Shown: positions 19,169 through 26,605 of the stretch, piece after piece
Position numbering within the stretch: position 1 is the stretch's first letter
Layout: each line of letters starts with the position of its first letter
Origin: Methanoregula sp.
GTDB taxonomy: Archaea > Halobacteriota > Methanomicrobia > Methanomicrobiales > Methanospirillaceae
Direction: 5' to 3'
Assembly (NCBI GenBank): GCA_039698055.1
Contig: JBDKTL010000033.1
Location: 1 to 26,605 of the forward strand
Length of the DNA: 26,605 nucleotides
Notes under the pieces: generated by a model
The model's input: the letters and a program-made list of their open reading frames with translations, nothing else
Told to the model about the DNA's origin: nothing
Databases searched by the model: none
Position numbers and translations under genes: made by a program

Positions 19169-19819
19169 TCATGTGCCCTTTTCGGCCTTCATCCCGGCAA
19201 AAATATAATCCAGACCTTCGTTTACGATCTTCTCGCGCCGGGCAGGATCGTGTTCGGCATATGCCCGGGCGATCAGGCCGGAGAGAGACGACGCCATCAT
19301 GCAGAACAGGAGGCCCGGGTCGATAGTGCGGATCGTGCCCATGCGGATCCCGTCCTTGACGATGTCCTGCAGGAAGAGAAAGTGGGACATTCCCTCCTCG
19401 TGGGCATTTGTTGAAACAAAGGGAGAATGGGCAAACTGTTCCATAAATTTCTGCTTTGCGGGATTCTGTATCCCCCACTTGACTGCATTGAACCCAATCC
19501 GGCGGAGCTTTGCTAGCGCAGTCTTCTCAGGATTCACGTCACGGCACATTACCTGTGCCGCTTCACTCTTGATCCTGCGGTAGAGCGTGTCAATCAGCTC
19601 CTCTTTGGTGGTAAAATAAAAAAAGAGCGTACCGGTTGCAACACCGGCCTCTTTTGAGATCAGCGACGTCGGGGTGCCAAAAAATCCCCGTTCGGTGAAA
19701 AGGGTAAGCGCTGTTGCAAGGATCTTCTCCCGGTTGTCGGATGACTTTTTGTCATCATCGTCCGGTACTGTGGCCGGTTTCCGGGGACCGGATCGTTTTT
19801 TCTCAGTTTTTTTCATCAT
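19169..19819 (-). CDS. TetR/AcrR family regulator
   Basis: REKILATALTLFTERGF...ISKEAGVATGTLFFYFTTKEEL. Confidence 0.93.
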   Translation of the reverse strand: MMKKTEKKRSGPRKPATVPDDDDKKSSDNREKILATALTLFTERGFFGTPTSLISKEAGVATGTLFFYFTTKEELIDTLYRRIKSEAAQVMCRDVNPEKTALAKLRRIGFNAVKWGIQNPAKQKFMEQFAHSPFVSTNAHEEGMSHFLFLQDIVKDGIRMGTIRTIDPGLLFCMMASSLSGLIARAYAEHDPARREKIVNEGLDYIFAGMKAEKGT

Positions 19820-19915
19820 TTTCCTCCGTTTCCCAAATGAACCATTATTCCATCCTTACCTGGATTATTTCAGGTTCCCTTAACCATCGTTCCTCCTGCA
19901 TGAAGCAGGGCCGGA

Positions 19916-21115
19916 TTATTCCTTGACCGTGGAAGAGAACATCAGCCTGACCAGCGGGAGCATGATCTTCGTGCGGAGCCCGCCTAAGGTACTCCGGACT
20001 TTTTTAAGTTCTTTTGGTATCGCAATCTTCTGGGGACAGGCTTTTGCACACTTCCCGCAGTTCCGGCAGAGAGATGCATCGGCCGGTGCTCCCATTCCTC
20101 CCATCAGCTGCATGCCATAAAACCCCCGGGTCATCATGCGGCTTGTGCCCATGTGGTAGTCGTTGTACAGGGAGAAACACTGGGGGATATTTACGCCGAA
20201 GGGACAGGGCATACAATAGGCACAGCCGGTACAGCCCACTTTGATCAGTTTCCTGTACGCGGCTGCCACTTTTTCCATGGTTGCAAGTTCATCGGCAGTC
20301 ATGGAGCCGGGCAGGGCATCTTCGCAGGTTTTGATGTTCTCTGAAATATGGTTCTCATCATTCATGCCGGACAGGACAACGGTGACTTCAGGATGGTTCC
20401 AGACCCAGCGGAGTGCCCACGCGGCTGCGGACTGCTGTGGTGTGGCATCGCGGTAGATCTCTTCGACTTCTTTGGGGAGTTTTCCGGCAAGCATCCCGCC
20501 CCGGAGCGGTTCCATGACCATGACCGCGATATTTTTCGATGCTGCGTAGCGGAGTCCCTCGGTCCCGGCCTGGTTTGTTTCATCGAGGAAATTGTACTGG
20601 ATCTGGCAGAAGATCCAGTCATAGGCATCGATGATCTCCGTAAATGTCTTGCGGTCACCGTGGAAAGAGAACCCGGCATTCCTGATTTTTCCGGCAGCTT
20701 TTGCCAGATCCAGGAATTCGAGGACACCCAGTTCCTTTAACCGTTTCCAGTGACTTGCTTCGAGCCCGTGGAGAAGGTAATAATCGATATGATCGGTCTG
20801 GAGTTTTTTGAGCTGGATGTCGAGGATCCGGTCCATGTCGTCCCGGGTTTTTACGCTCCATGGCGGCAGTTTGGTGGCAAGTTTCACCCTCTCCCGGTAA
20901 CCGTCCTTAAGCGCCCTTCCCAAAAACCGTTCGCTCTCGCCGCCATGGTAAGGAACTGCGGTATCGATATAGTTGATACCGTTGTCGATCGCATCGCGGA
21001 TCTGCCGGGTGGCTCGTTCTTCATCAATACTCATTCGCTTGGTTGGAAGCCGCATTGCGCCAAAGCCCAGTGCGGATAATTGATCGCCGTTCTTGGGTAC
21101 GTGCCGGTACTGCAT
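19916..21115 (-). CDS. Aldo/keto reductase with C-terminal 4Fe-4S dicluster domain
   Basis: LGFGAMRLP, DTAVPY, LATKLP and MEPLRGG motifs, plus CTGCAYCMPCP and CRNCGKCAKACP. Confidence 0.95.
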   Translation of the reverse strand: MQYRHVPKNGDQLSALGFGAMRLPTKRMSIDEERATRQIRDAIDNGINYIDTAVPYHGGESERFLGRALKDGYRERVKLATKLPPWSVKTRDDMDRILDIQLKKLQTDHIDYYLLHGLEASHWKRLKELGVLEFLDLAKAAGKIRNAGFSFHGDRKTFTEIIDAYDWIFCQIQYNFLDETNQAGTEGLRYAASKNIAVMVMEPLRGGMLAGKLPKEVEEIYRDATPQQSAAAWALRWVWNHPEVTVVLSGMNDENHISENIKTCEDALPGSMTADELATMEKVAAAYRKLIKVGCTGCAYCMPCPFGVNIPQCFSLYNDYHMGTSRMMTRGFYGMQLMGGMGAPADASLCRNCGKCAKACPQKIAIPKELKKVRSTLGGLRTKIMLPLVRLMFSSTVKE

Positions 21116-21170
21116 GGATATCACCGCCGGTATTGTCAGGTTCTTTTTTTTGATTTGCCAGAATGGATGA

Positions 21171-21190
21171 AATAGACTGACTAGTCAATT
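21171..21190. promoter_or_regulatory. Palindromic operator, probably for the TetR protein
   Basis: AATAGACTGACTAGTCAATT contains the perfect palindrome TGACTAGTCA, about 55 bp upstream of the AKR-TetR-ABC operon. Confidence 0.55.
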
Positions 21191-21418
21191 TGTTGCAGGT
21201 ACTACCATTAAAACTTTTTTATGCACCGGCAGCATCCCAGCCCATCGCCAGCCATGGGAGGCAATTTTTGTGCAAATTCAGATCATCGTTCTTTATCGAC
21301 AGGTTGCAACCCGGTATCTCATGCCGGGCGTTCACTGTTCCCTTGCCGGGCAAAACGGGCGGAACGGCAAAACCCTTAATAGCCTTTGTCGATGTAATGA
21401 TGACACTGAGGATTTACC

Positions 21419-21817
21419 ATGGTGAAACTGACCGATCAGATCAAGGAATCGCTTGCAGGAACAAAGATTGTGTTCTTTGCAACATCTGCACGAGACCACA
21501 CGCCAAACGTCGTTCCGATAGGGGCATTCAAGCTTCTGGATGACGAAACGCTGCTTATTTCAGACCAGTTTTTCAACAAGACGCTCCAGAACCTCAAGGA
21601 GAACCCGAAGGTTGCCATATCGTACTGGGGAGAGAACGGCGGGTACCAAATCAAGGGATCGGTGACCCTCCACACCAATGACGAGGTCTTCCGGCAGGAT
21701 GCGGCGTGGATGAAAGAGTTCAAACCAAACCTTGCTCCAAAGACTGCTGTAATCATGAAGATTTCCCATGTCTACCATGTCAAACCCGGCGCAGATGCCG
21801 GAAAGAAAATACTCTGA
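21419..21817 (+). CDS. Pyridoxamine 5'-phosphate oxidase-like FMN-binding protein
   Basis: ATSARDHTPNVVP, FFNKTLQNLKENPKVAI and GYQIKG motifs. Confidence 0.9.
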   Translation: MVKLTDQIKESLAGTKIVFFATSARDHTPNVVPIGAFKLLDDETLLISDQFFNKTLQNLKENPKVAISYWGENGGYQIKGSVTLHTNDEVFRQDAAWMKEFKPNLAPKTAVIMKISHVYHVKPGADAGKKIL

Positions 21818-21830
21818 TCTTTTTTTTATT
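21818..21830 (+). terminator. Archaeal poly-T terminator candidate
   Basis: TCTTTTTTTTATT directly after the stop codon. Confidence 0.4.
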
Positions 21831-21968
21831 TGAGCCGCACTCAGCGCAAAGATTCCGGGGGAGTTTGCCGTTTGTGCCGGAGTTCGGTGCGGCATATTCC
21901 GGATAATTCCAAAAAAGATTACGTGATTTCTCTTTTTAAAAAAAAATTAACCCGGCAAAAACCCGTTT

Positions 21969-23738
21969 CTAGTTGATCCTCTGTATCCTCCCGTCAGATG
22001 TTTCATTCACCGGTTGCGGCATTGACCCCACGTAAGCAACAAGGGCATCGACATCATCCGGCCCGTACGTCATATTCTTTCCTTCGGTAAATGTCGTGTA
22101 CCCATCACCGCCTCCGGCGAGATAATCTGTCAGGGAAACGGTGTAGCTCGTGGTCGGGTTTAACGGGACACCGCGTATCTTCACTTCAGTCACCCTGCTG
22201 CCCGCAGGTTGTGCGGCATCCCAGGTATACACCAGTCCCGAGACAGCGAGATTGTGCGGGGGGATTGGCGACTCCCACTGCCGTTCGAGTACCTGAAGGA
22301 TCTGTTCGCCGGACAAGGTCACGGACAGGATTGTGCCGCCAAACGGCTGGATGGAATACAGGTTACCCCACGTAATATTTCCTGCTGACAGGTCTGCACG
22401 AAGGCCCCCGGAAGTATCAAATCCCCCATCGGCGTTCATCGCGGCCCGCTGCCCGTCCGCAACCAGATCCCCCAGCGCCGATTCCCCGGCAGGGGTCTGG
22501 TCCCGGGTAATACTCATGGCAGCAACGCTGATCATCCGGTTCACTACAGGGCCAAGGACATGTTCGTCCGCTGCAAGGAACGCACTCGCAGCGGGATCCG
22601 GGCTGGTGCCGGGAGGCTGGTCCGCATAGGTCGGGATAATCCGTGCGGATTTCTCCACAATATCGCCGCTTGCCCGGTCGATCGTGAGATCGATATCGGC
22701 ATACCCCATGCTGTACATGTACGCCTGCGTGACGAGCACAGGGTTACCTCCGGCATTTGCCAGGTAGGCGTTGGTAAACTCATGGGTATGGCCGGACAGC
22801 ACGACATCGACATCGCTGTCAAGACGGGGAATAATCTGGGCCACCCGCCCGGTCACATTCCCGTTCGCCCGCGTCGGGCCATCGTACGGGGTCTGGTTCC
22901 CGCCTTCATGAAGAAGGACAACGATTGCATGAACACCCTGCTTCTGGATTTCCGGGATATACCGGTTGATGGAATCAGCTTCGTCCAGAAACGTCACACC
23001 CTCGACTTCGGCAGCGTTCTCGAGCATGGGTGTGTTCTTTGTATCTGCGCCAATGAAGGCAACAGGTACCCCGCTGACATTTCGCAGGGTATAGGGTGGA
23101 AGGACCGGCGTATTGTTGACCGTCCAGATCACGTTTGCGCAGACATAACCGATTTTCGTGCCGGGGTACGGATCAACAAGGTGGGTAATATTTGTCGCCC
23201 CATTCCCCCCGTATATTTTTCTCAATAGTTCCGGTACGCCTTTATCAAACTCATGGTTGCCCGGTGTCGCAACCATATTACAGGAGGCATCAGGGGAGCC
23301 CGACCCGAAACTACAGTACTGATTTGCATAACTGTTGAAAAACAACAGTGTCGGCTCGTCAAGGAGCAGCCCGGACTCCGGAGGCGATGCCCCGACGACA
23401 TCCCCGGGCAGGGCAATGATGGTGCCACCTGCATCCCCGGATGCCATCGCCGATTTGAGATAGGAAGCAAGGACCGGTGCACCCCCTGCCGGGCGTTTGT
23501 TGAGTTTCTGTCCCGGGGGGAGCTGCCCATGGAAATCGTTTACCGCGAGAATTTTTACGTGAACAGCGGAGTTTGCAGGCGATACCGGGACAGGGCCGGG
23601 AAGATACAAGGAGAGTAAAATTGGTGCCAGTATGAGAACACAGAGGATGCAGAGCCCTATTAAGATCTGCAGCCCGAGGGGGATCCTGTCCTGCCGGGAA
23701 TCGGGTGCCATAATACTGGATCTTTTACCGGTGATCAT
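21969..23738 (-). CDS. Membrane-anchored 5'-nucleotidase / UDP-sugar hydrolase
   Basis: NDFHG, GD, GNHEFD, GHTH, ESALGDLVAD, GGLR and GGDGY motifs, with an N-terminal hydrophobic anchor. Confidence 0.95.
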   Translation of the reverse strand: MITGKRSSIMAPDSRQDRIPLGLQILIGLCILCVLILAPILLSLYLPGPVPVSPANSAVHVKILAVNDFHGQLPPGQKLNKRPAGGAPVLASYLKSAMASGDAGGTIIALPGDVVGASPPESGLLLDEPTLLFFNSYANQYCSFGSGSPDASCNMVATPGNHEFDKGVPELLRKIYGGNGATNITHLVDPYPGTKIGYVCANVIWTVNNTPVLPPYTLRNVSGVPVAFIGADTKNTPMLENAAEVEGVTFLDEADSINRYIPEIQKQGVHAIVVLLHEGGNQTPYDGPTRANGNVTGRVAQIIPRLDSDVDVVLSGHTHEFTNAYLANAGGNPVLVTQAYMYSMGYADIDLTIDRASGDIVEKSARIIPTYADQPPGTSPDPAASAFLAADEHVLGPVVNRMISVAAMSITRDQTPAGESALGDLVADGQRAAMNADGGFDTSGGLRADLSAGNITWGNLYSIQPFGGTILSVTLSGEQILQVLERQWESPIPPHNLAVSGLVYTWDAAQPAGSRVTEVKIRGVPLNPTTSYTVSLTDYLAGGGDGYTTFTEGKNMTYGPDDVDALVAYVGSMPQPVNETSDGRIQRIN

Positions 23739-23948
23739 TTAAGTGTTGAGTTTTCTCAAGGAGCAGACGGGGGTACCGGTTTTAAACCCCATTTCCCTTT
23801 GTCCTGTGCCCGGCCAGATCCCCGCCATTCCCCTGAAGATACCGGGAGGAGTTCGGGCAGGAATTTTCCCGGGGGTTCTTGTATGGATATCCAAAACCGG
23901 ATGCTATCAGGACAGTCGGACAATCGCCCGGGTGGTTGATGCGTTTGT

Positions 23949-24509
23949 TCACCGGAGCCCCGGCCGTGGGAAGACGATTAAAAAAAGATTAAATTCAGCC
24001 GGTATAAGGTTCTCCCTGATCGCATCCGTATGGATCCGGTACTTGATCTTTGACAGGTTGCGCCGGATATCCCAGCCAAGCTGTTTACGCTCTTCATCCT
24101 TGAGTCGCTGGAATTCCTTGATAAGATAAAGTTTGAATTCTACTGAGATCCAGGACGCGAATTCGTATGCGATATCCTTGTGGGCGTACGTCCCGCCATA
24201 CCGTCCCGGTTTAGAGATGATGCCAATGGCTGATGTCCGTTCAATCCACTGTTTGGGAGTAAGGGTAAAACTGTTGAGCCCGGCAAGTTTTCTAAACCCG
24301 TCGAATTCCACGGGTTTAAAATCCGGATTATTGAGACGCTCCCAGACTCCCAGAAATTCTATCGTATTGCGATTCCGTAGCCAGTTCCGGATTAAATCAT
24401 CAGTATTGTCCGGATCTTTATATCGTGCAATATCGGTAATGCAGATATAATCCTCCTCATTGAGTGTATAAATGGAAATTTCATTATCCAGCACATGGAT
24501 CTTTGTCAC
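23949..24509 (-). pseudogene. KilA-N domain DNA-binding protein, probably C-terminally truncated
   Basis: DYICITDIA, IRNWLRNRNTIEFLGVWE and GRYGGTYAHKDIAYEFASWIS motifs. After IHTDAIRENLIPAE the frame runs into a T-rich, non-coding-looking tail. Confidence 0.75.
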
Positions 24510-24608
24510 AATCGTTCCCGGTCCAATTACCGGTAATTCTGGAGATAAAGACCCGGGCGAAGAGTGTGAAAGTGAATTTGTTCCGCGTCACACCCGATTG
24601 AAAAATCC

Positions 24609-24709
24609 GGGCAGTGGACAAAAAAGTACCGGTTTTTACGGAAAGTTTTACGAGAAAATTATACAGGAAAAAAGATCCCGGAAATTGCGATAGTTTTGTC
24701 CAACTGCCC
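24609..24709. repeat. 101-bp element family B, copy 2
   Basis: Arms GGGCAGTGGACAAAA / TTTTGTCCAACTGCCC (inverted, one bulge). Core at 24640-24684. Confidence 0.88.
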
Positions 24710-24728
24710 AAAAAACGATCTGGCTTTT

Positions 24729-24829
24729 GGACACTATGGACACCATTTCCGGTTTTCCCGGAAAGTCTTACGAGAAAATTGTACAGGAAAAAGATTCCGG
24801 AAATCGTGAAAATGGTGTCCATGGTGCCC
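24729..24829. repeat. 101-bp element family B, copy 3
   Basis: Arms GGACACTATGGACACCATTT / AAATGGTGTCCATGGTGCCC (18/20 inverted). Core at 24760-24803, 120 bp after copy 2. Confidence 0.88.
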
Positions 24830-25123
24830 GGACAGGTCCCGCACCCACTCCCAAAATCTCGGGCGGTACCAGCACGTCCCGGTGCCCGCTCCTGTTCCGG
24901 CAATTGCCAAACGCCCCACGCTCACCGGCTCCCAGCTGCACCATTACGCGAGAGCCGGCCAGTCCCCGGGTTTCGGAGGGGACAAAAGTGGGGCCCGGGC
25001 TTTCCGGTTCGGAGTGGCTGAGCCGGTTCGCAGCTGCATTGAGTTGATGCGGATTGTTTTAAAACCCTGCAACAAAAAGCGATTATATCATCAGGCGAAT
25101 ACAACGTACAATCAGGAATTCCT

Positions 25124-25297
25124 ATGAGTGCTGTTGAACAGTATGTAGTTGATGAAAAGGGCAATAAGGTCGCAGTCATCCTCCCGCTCGCCGAATACCA
25201 GCACCTCAAGGAAGATCTTCATGATCTTGCCATGGTTGCCGAGCGGCGGGACGAAGGTACGATAAGCCTTGCCGAGTTAAAAAAACGCGTAATGTGA
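25124..25297 (+). CDS. Type II antitoxin (RelB/Phd-like, 57 aa; not in ORF track)
   Basis: Manual translation MSAVEQYVVDEKGNKVAVILPLAEYQHLKEDLHDLAMVAERRDEGTISLAELKKRVM*. Ends 9 bp before relE. Confidence 0.85.
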   Translation: MSAVEQYVVDEKGNKVAVILPLAEYQHLKEDLHDLAMVAERRDEGTISLAELKKRVM

Positions 25298-25306
25298 GCA
25301 GGGTTG

Positions 25307-25573
25307 ATGGAACCGTATTCACTCTCTTTTAAAAAGGGCGTAGAAAAAGATCTCCGGAAAATCCCCAAAGAAATTCTCCAGCACATTTTTGATCATGTTG
25401 AAAATCTGGTGAACGAACCGGTTCCTCACGATGCTTACAAACTTGCCAGTACAGAAAATCTTTACCGGATTCGCGTTGGCGATTATCGTGTGATCTATCA
25501 GGTACTTCACGTGAATCGCGAAGTAACGGTGATATATATCCGGCACCGGAGTGTGGCATACCGGGGATTATAG
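25307..25573 (+). CDS. relE: RelE/ParE family toxin
   Basis: VEKDLRKIP...KL...LYRIRVGDYRVIY...IRHRSVAY. Confidence 0.92.
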   Translation: MEPYSLSFKKGVEKDLRKIPKEILQHIFDHVENLVNEPVPHDAYKLASTENLYRIRVGDYRVIYQVLHVNREVTVIYIRHRSVAYRGL

Positions 25574-25709
25574 ATCGGCAATATCCTTTCTTCCACCATC
25601 CACTCTCCCAAAAGGTTCGGTAAGTGCATTTCTCCGAGCCTTAAAAAACGCCGGCACCGGCCAGACCCGTTGAATTGGTGATAAAAATTAGTGATCACTA
25701 TCTGTCCTG

Positions 25710-25810
25710 TGTCACATGTGTCACATTAACCCAATTTTCCGGAAAGTCTTACGAGAAAATGGTACAGAAAAAAAAATCCCGGAAAATGCCCTCAATGTGT
25801 CCCGTGTGCC
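25710..25810. repeat. 101-bp element family B, copy 4
   Basis: Core GGAAAGTCTTACGAGAAAATGGTACAGAAAAAAAAATCCCGGAAA at 25741-25785. Arms GTCACATGTGTCACATT / AATGTGTCCCGTGTGCC (13/17 inverted). Confidence 0.85.
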
Positions 25811-25969
25811 GGCCCGAACATTGTTCGGCGGGTCTTGAGCGGGGAACATGGGCATGACTCTCTGCTAGGGAAAACAATATACAGATTCCCCCCACCCAAT
25901 TTATCATTTTGATTTTTCTTCTTTGTTTAGTTCATTGTTGAGATTATTTACGATAGATATGCTGATCAA

Positions 25970-25995
25970 TAGTATATTTATACAGATATAAATAT
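25970..25995 (+). promoter_or_regulatory. TATA-box candidates upstream of the Cys-rich peptide
   Basis: TATTTATA and ATATAAAT lie about 40-60 bp before ATG 26034. The region is AT-rich, so specificity is low. Confidence 0.35.
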
Positions 25996-26033
25996 GAGAA
26001 AATTAATAACGTCAGCGAACTATAATAGCATTT

Positions 26034-26330
26034 ATGCCAAAAAAGCCACTTTGGTTACAACTCCGAATTGCATATAAATATGCAACGAAAGAAGAGCAAA
26101 ATAAAATCAAAGAAATCACAGCATCAATTTTAACTAGAGAGGGTGTTCCAACAGATTGTCCAATTTCAGTAGTTGATGAGGCAAACCCCGATCCAAATTG
26201 TGGAAAAACACGTGCATGTCTCTGGGCTTGCTTAAATTCCTGTCAAACAAGTTGTAAGACAGGGGGTTGTCTTAGTAGTTATCATTGGATTGGGCCCGAT
26301 GAAAAGAAAAAGAGCAATAAAAAAATGTGA
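26034..26330 (+). CDS. Cys-rich putative RiPP precursor peptide (SCIFF/ranthipeptide-like core)
   Basis: Core CGKTRACLWACLNSCQTSCKTGGC, with Cys at 56, 62, 66, 70, 74 and 79. Immediately upstream of a radical SAM motif ORF. Confidence 0.7.
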   Translation: MPKKPLWLQLRIAYKYATKEEQNKIKEITASILTREGVPTDCPISVVDEANPDPNCGKTRACLWACLNSCQTSCKTGGCLSSYHWIGPDEKKKSNKKM

Positions 26331-26341
26331 AATATTATAAA

Positions 26342-26481
26342 ATGGCGCGACAACGGAAATATGGCCACATCTCTTTTATCATCACACCTCAGTGTAATCT
26401 CCGATGCAAATATTGTTTTCAAGGAAAAAAAGGATTATTAGAACCAATTCATACGGATTTTCAAGTAATTGAAAAATTTGT
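26342..26481 (+). pseudogene. 5' fragment of a radical SAM enzyme, interrupted at ~26482 (not in ORF track)
   Basis: Manual translation MARQRKYGHISFIITPQCNLRCKYCFQGKKGLLEPIHTDFQVIEKFV. It has a CNLRCKYC (CxxxCxYC) motif preceded by a hydrophobic strand and T. The frame closes at TGA 26504-26506, inside the presumed IS end. Confidence 0.8.
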
Positions 26482-26605
26482 GCTCTGTAGAAAACCTCAA
26501 CGATGAGAGAAAGTAAGAACCTATGAATGTTACAGACACTCATTTTGTTAGCGATTTCTTTCATCTGAATCAGGAATCTTCTCGCTTTGAGATCCCCGTT
26601 GAACT
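26482..26605 (-). mobile_element. End of a probable IS5-like insertion sequence (transposase C-terminus; element runs off window)
   Basis: The minus frame is open from the window edge: FNGDLKARRFLIQMKEIANKMSVCNIHRFLLSLIVEVFYRA. From memory, this resembles C-termini of methanogen IS5-type DDE transposases. Candidate terminal IR is GCTCTGTAGAAAACCTC. Confidence 0.65.

Noticed and set aside
21873-21889. TGTGCCGGAGTTCGGTG resembling 186-202
   Set aside because: A short 15/17 match in CCGG-rich DNA could arise by chance.
24609-24829. Canonical integron attC sites or CRISPR repeats
   Set aside because: No RYYYAAC...GTTRRRY ends and no integrase in the window. Only two tandem units at a 120-bp period.
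24472-25209. ORFs of 63-139 aa across the repeat region
   Set aside because: They are translations of the 101-bp elements and GC hairpins. One lies antisense to the real antitoxin.
26382-26564. 60-aa minus-strand ORF as an independent gene
   Set aside because: The frame is open to the window edge. It is better explained as a transposase tail reading through into the antisense strand of the radical SAM fragment.

Overview
This window looks like archaeal methanogen DNA, most like Methanoregula/Methanomicrobiales. That is inferred from gene content and poly-T intergenic style, not from a search. The centre (about 3.6-23.7 kb) holds ordinary accessory genes: MFS and LysE transporters, a stand-alone prim-pol domain, cyanase, a lipoprotein, an AbrB/flavoprotein operon, a pentameric ligand-gated ion channel homologue, a membrane-anchored ArsR regulator opposite a PrsW protease, an AKR-TetR-ABC operon, a PNPOx-like protein and a 5'-nucleotidase. 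Both ends are plastic regions. They contain toxin-antitoxin loci (hicB with a truncated hicA; relE with an unannotated antitoxin), a NERD nuclease, a truncated KilA-N gene and several non-coding repeat families. One family is a ~101-bp element present four times, with a conserved A-rich core between variable inverted arms; one copy sits exactly where hicA breaks off. The most notable item is at the right end. An AT-rich block encodes a 98-aa peptide with a SCIFF-like Cys ladder. It is followed 11 bp later by an unlisted ORF with a radical SAM CxxxCxxC motif, which is cut off by the end of a probable IS element. This is a candidate archaeal ranthipeptide/sactipeptide-type RiPP locus. No tRNA, rRNA or CRISPR array was recognised.
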